A stretch of DNA of 64,000 nt from a virus. Positions 62,708 to 64,000 of the stretch are shown here, piece after piece (within the stretch, counting starts at the first letter, position 1; every line of letters begins with the position of its first letter). Below the pieces are notes generated by a model. The model made no database searches and was not told the DNA's origin. It worked only from the letters and a program-made list of their open reading frames with translations. The DNA lies in IMG/VR virus record IMGVR_UViG_3300009156_000027. One strand, written 5' to 3'. Position numbers and translations under genes: made by a program.

Positions 62708-63781
62708 ATGTTTATCACCTCCGATTATATCCATGAACCACTCTATGTGGTCACGACTGTGTTCAATCCGATTCGCTACAAGAGTCGGTGGAAGCACTAC
62801 GAGCGATTCGCCGCCCATGTCAAAGCGAGTGGCGGAGTGCTCGTAACTGTCGAGGCTGCATTCGGTGAACGTCACCATGCGTTGCAGTCCGGGATGTCTC
62901 AGCATGAGGTACCGGTTCACGGCTTCGCACCGACGAAGGCGACGGAATTCCATAAATCGCGTACTACCGAACCGCATCAGTACATCCGTGTACGTACGGA
63001 TGACGAGTTGTGGTTCAAGGAGAATCTGATCAATATTGGCATCTCGCGACTACCCGAGAATTGGAAGTATGTTGCGTGGGTCGACGCCGACGTCATGTTC
63101 ACCAGACCGAACTGGGTTGGAGAAACGATTCACCAACTTCAGCACTACAAGATGGTGCAGATGTTCTCTGAGTCGCAAGATACCGGACCACGGTACGCAT
63201 CGATCAACCAAGCACGGAGCTTCGCCCACTGCTACATCAAAGGCGTCCCGGTGCCCAAGGGTTTCAACCCTAGTTACTATGGGGTTCAGAAACCACAAGG
63301 ACCGATTCTTTGGCACCCAGGATTTGCGTGGGCGGCGAGACGGGAAGCAATCGACGCGTTGGGTGGGTTGGTCGACTTCGCTATGATGGGTGCGGCGGAC
63401 AACCATATGGCGTATGCGCTCATTGGTCGGGTGCGTGACTCGTTTCATCCCAAAGTGCATCCGCGTTATCGGGAGCGGTTGCTCGAATGGGAGAGTCGAG
63501 CGGAGAAACATATTCGTCGGAACATCGGGTACGTCTCCGGTTTGCTGGTTCACTACTGGCATGGCCGGAAAATCGATCGTCGGTATTGGGATCGGTGGCG
63601 GGTCATCGTTGACAACCACTACAATCCTGATATCGATTTGAAATATGACTGGCAGGGTCTCTTGCAGTTGGTCGATCGCGGTAATCACCGGTCGATCAAA
63701 CTCCGAGACGACGCTCGTCGGTACTTCCGTGCGCGAAACGAGGACAGTATCGAACTCGACGGGACACCCGACGAAACGTAG
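62708..63781 (+). CDS. GT-A-fold glycosyltransferase-like protein
   Basis: W.KENLIN, YVAWVDADV (DxD), HPGFAWA.RRE....GG, G.AD..MA, HYWHG motifs. Confidence 0.7.
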   Translation: MFITSDYIHEPLYVVTTVFNPIRYKSRWKHYERFAAHVKASGGVLVTVEAAFGERHHALQSGMSQHEVPVHGFAPTKATEFHKSRTTEPHQYIRVRTDDELWFKENLINIGISRLPENWKYVAWVDADVMFTRPNWVGETIHQLQHYKMVQMFSESQDTGPRYASINQARSFAHCYIKGVPVPKGFNPSYYGVQKPQGPILWHPGFAWAARREAIDALGGLVDFAMMGAADNHMAYALIGRVRDSFHPKVHPRYRERLLEWESRAEKHIRRNIGYVSGLLVHYWHGRKIDRRYWDRWRVIVDNHYNPDIDLKYDWQGLLQLVDRGNHRSIKLRDDARRYFRARNEDSIELDGTPDET

Positions 63782-63790
63782 GAGAGTCGA

Positions 63791-64000
63791 ATGAAGAGAA
63801 CGTCCAAACGGAATTCGAGAACGCTCGCGATCCGCAATCCGAGCAATCTGATTTCGTTCCGGCATCTAGCGGCAACGGCGCAAGCTGGGGAGCTCGTTAG
63901 CCGGTCGCGGTTGGGGGCCGTTGCTGGGGTAACCTACAACGGCCGACGCGACATGTTCACCGCGCTCGGATACAAACCTATCCTCTTCCCGGCGGACTAT
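63791..64000 (+). CDS. Portal protein N-terminus (3' truncated by window edge)
   Basis: SD AGGAG; SRSRL...AG.TYNG.RDMFTALGY is the typical DUF1073 portal N-terminus; not in ORF track because there is no stop. Confidence 0.85.
   Translation, partial: MKRTSKRNSRTLAIRNPSNLISFRHLAATAQAGELVSRSRLGAVAGVTYNGRRDMFTALGYKPILFPADY

Noticed and set aside
1-64000. Integrase, repressor/lysogeny module, genetic-code reassignment, introns or inteins
   Set aside because: No tyrosine or serine recombinase motifs; all three stop codons terminate genes normally; Pol, TerL and primase-helicase are contiguous with no intein-like inserts.
1-64000. Apparent abundance of GATC/TCGA palindromes as evidence that the DNA is protected from restriction
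   Set aside because: Not quantified by eye and could simply mirror host codon usage; needs an observed/expected k-mer calculation.

Overview
The window is an almost complete (about 64 kb) genome of a tailed dsDNA bacteriophage with siphovirus-type morphogenesis genes. It starts in the middle of the portal gene and ends in the first 70 codons of what appears to be the same gene, so only a short stretch seems to be missing. There are two opposed gene blocks. The + strand block (58047 to 64000, continuing 1 to 24083) carries terminase, portal, DUF2213-type protease/scaffold, HK97-fold capsid, neck and tail genes with a -1 frameshifting chaperone, tape measure, an IPT/TIG-containing tail hub, an SLT endolysin, a fascin/GH-A protein and a PASTA protein. 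The - strand block (57267 to 24138) carries many small early genes, ATP-dependent ligase, a frameshifted SNF2 helicase, RuvC, Cas4-like nuclease, Sak4-like ATPase, SSB, family A polymerase and a TOPRIM/MCM-like primase-helicase. I saw no integrase, repressor, tRNA or CRISPR array. The most striking features are: (1) a candidate new DNA-hypermodification pathway (active-site-altered ThyX-like protein, TAGT/GREB1-like glycosyltransferase, UGM-like flavoprotein, radical SAM/SPASM enzyme, dNTPase-HAD fusion and Nmad1/DUF1599), with no TET/JBP dioxygenase or ThyA-type hydroxymethylase; (2) four glycosyltransferases wedged into the head-neck genes plus a fifth next to portal, suggesting virion glycosylation; (3) a 13-nt start-associated motif GGAGATGAAGATG in the early/middle genes; (4) recurring basic terminal tags together with very long polyacidic tracts. 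All family assignments come from motifs recognised by eye, not from database searches. The host is unknown; there are weak hints of a diderm soil bacterium such as Acidobacteriota.
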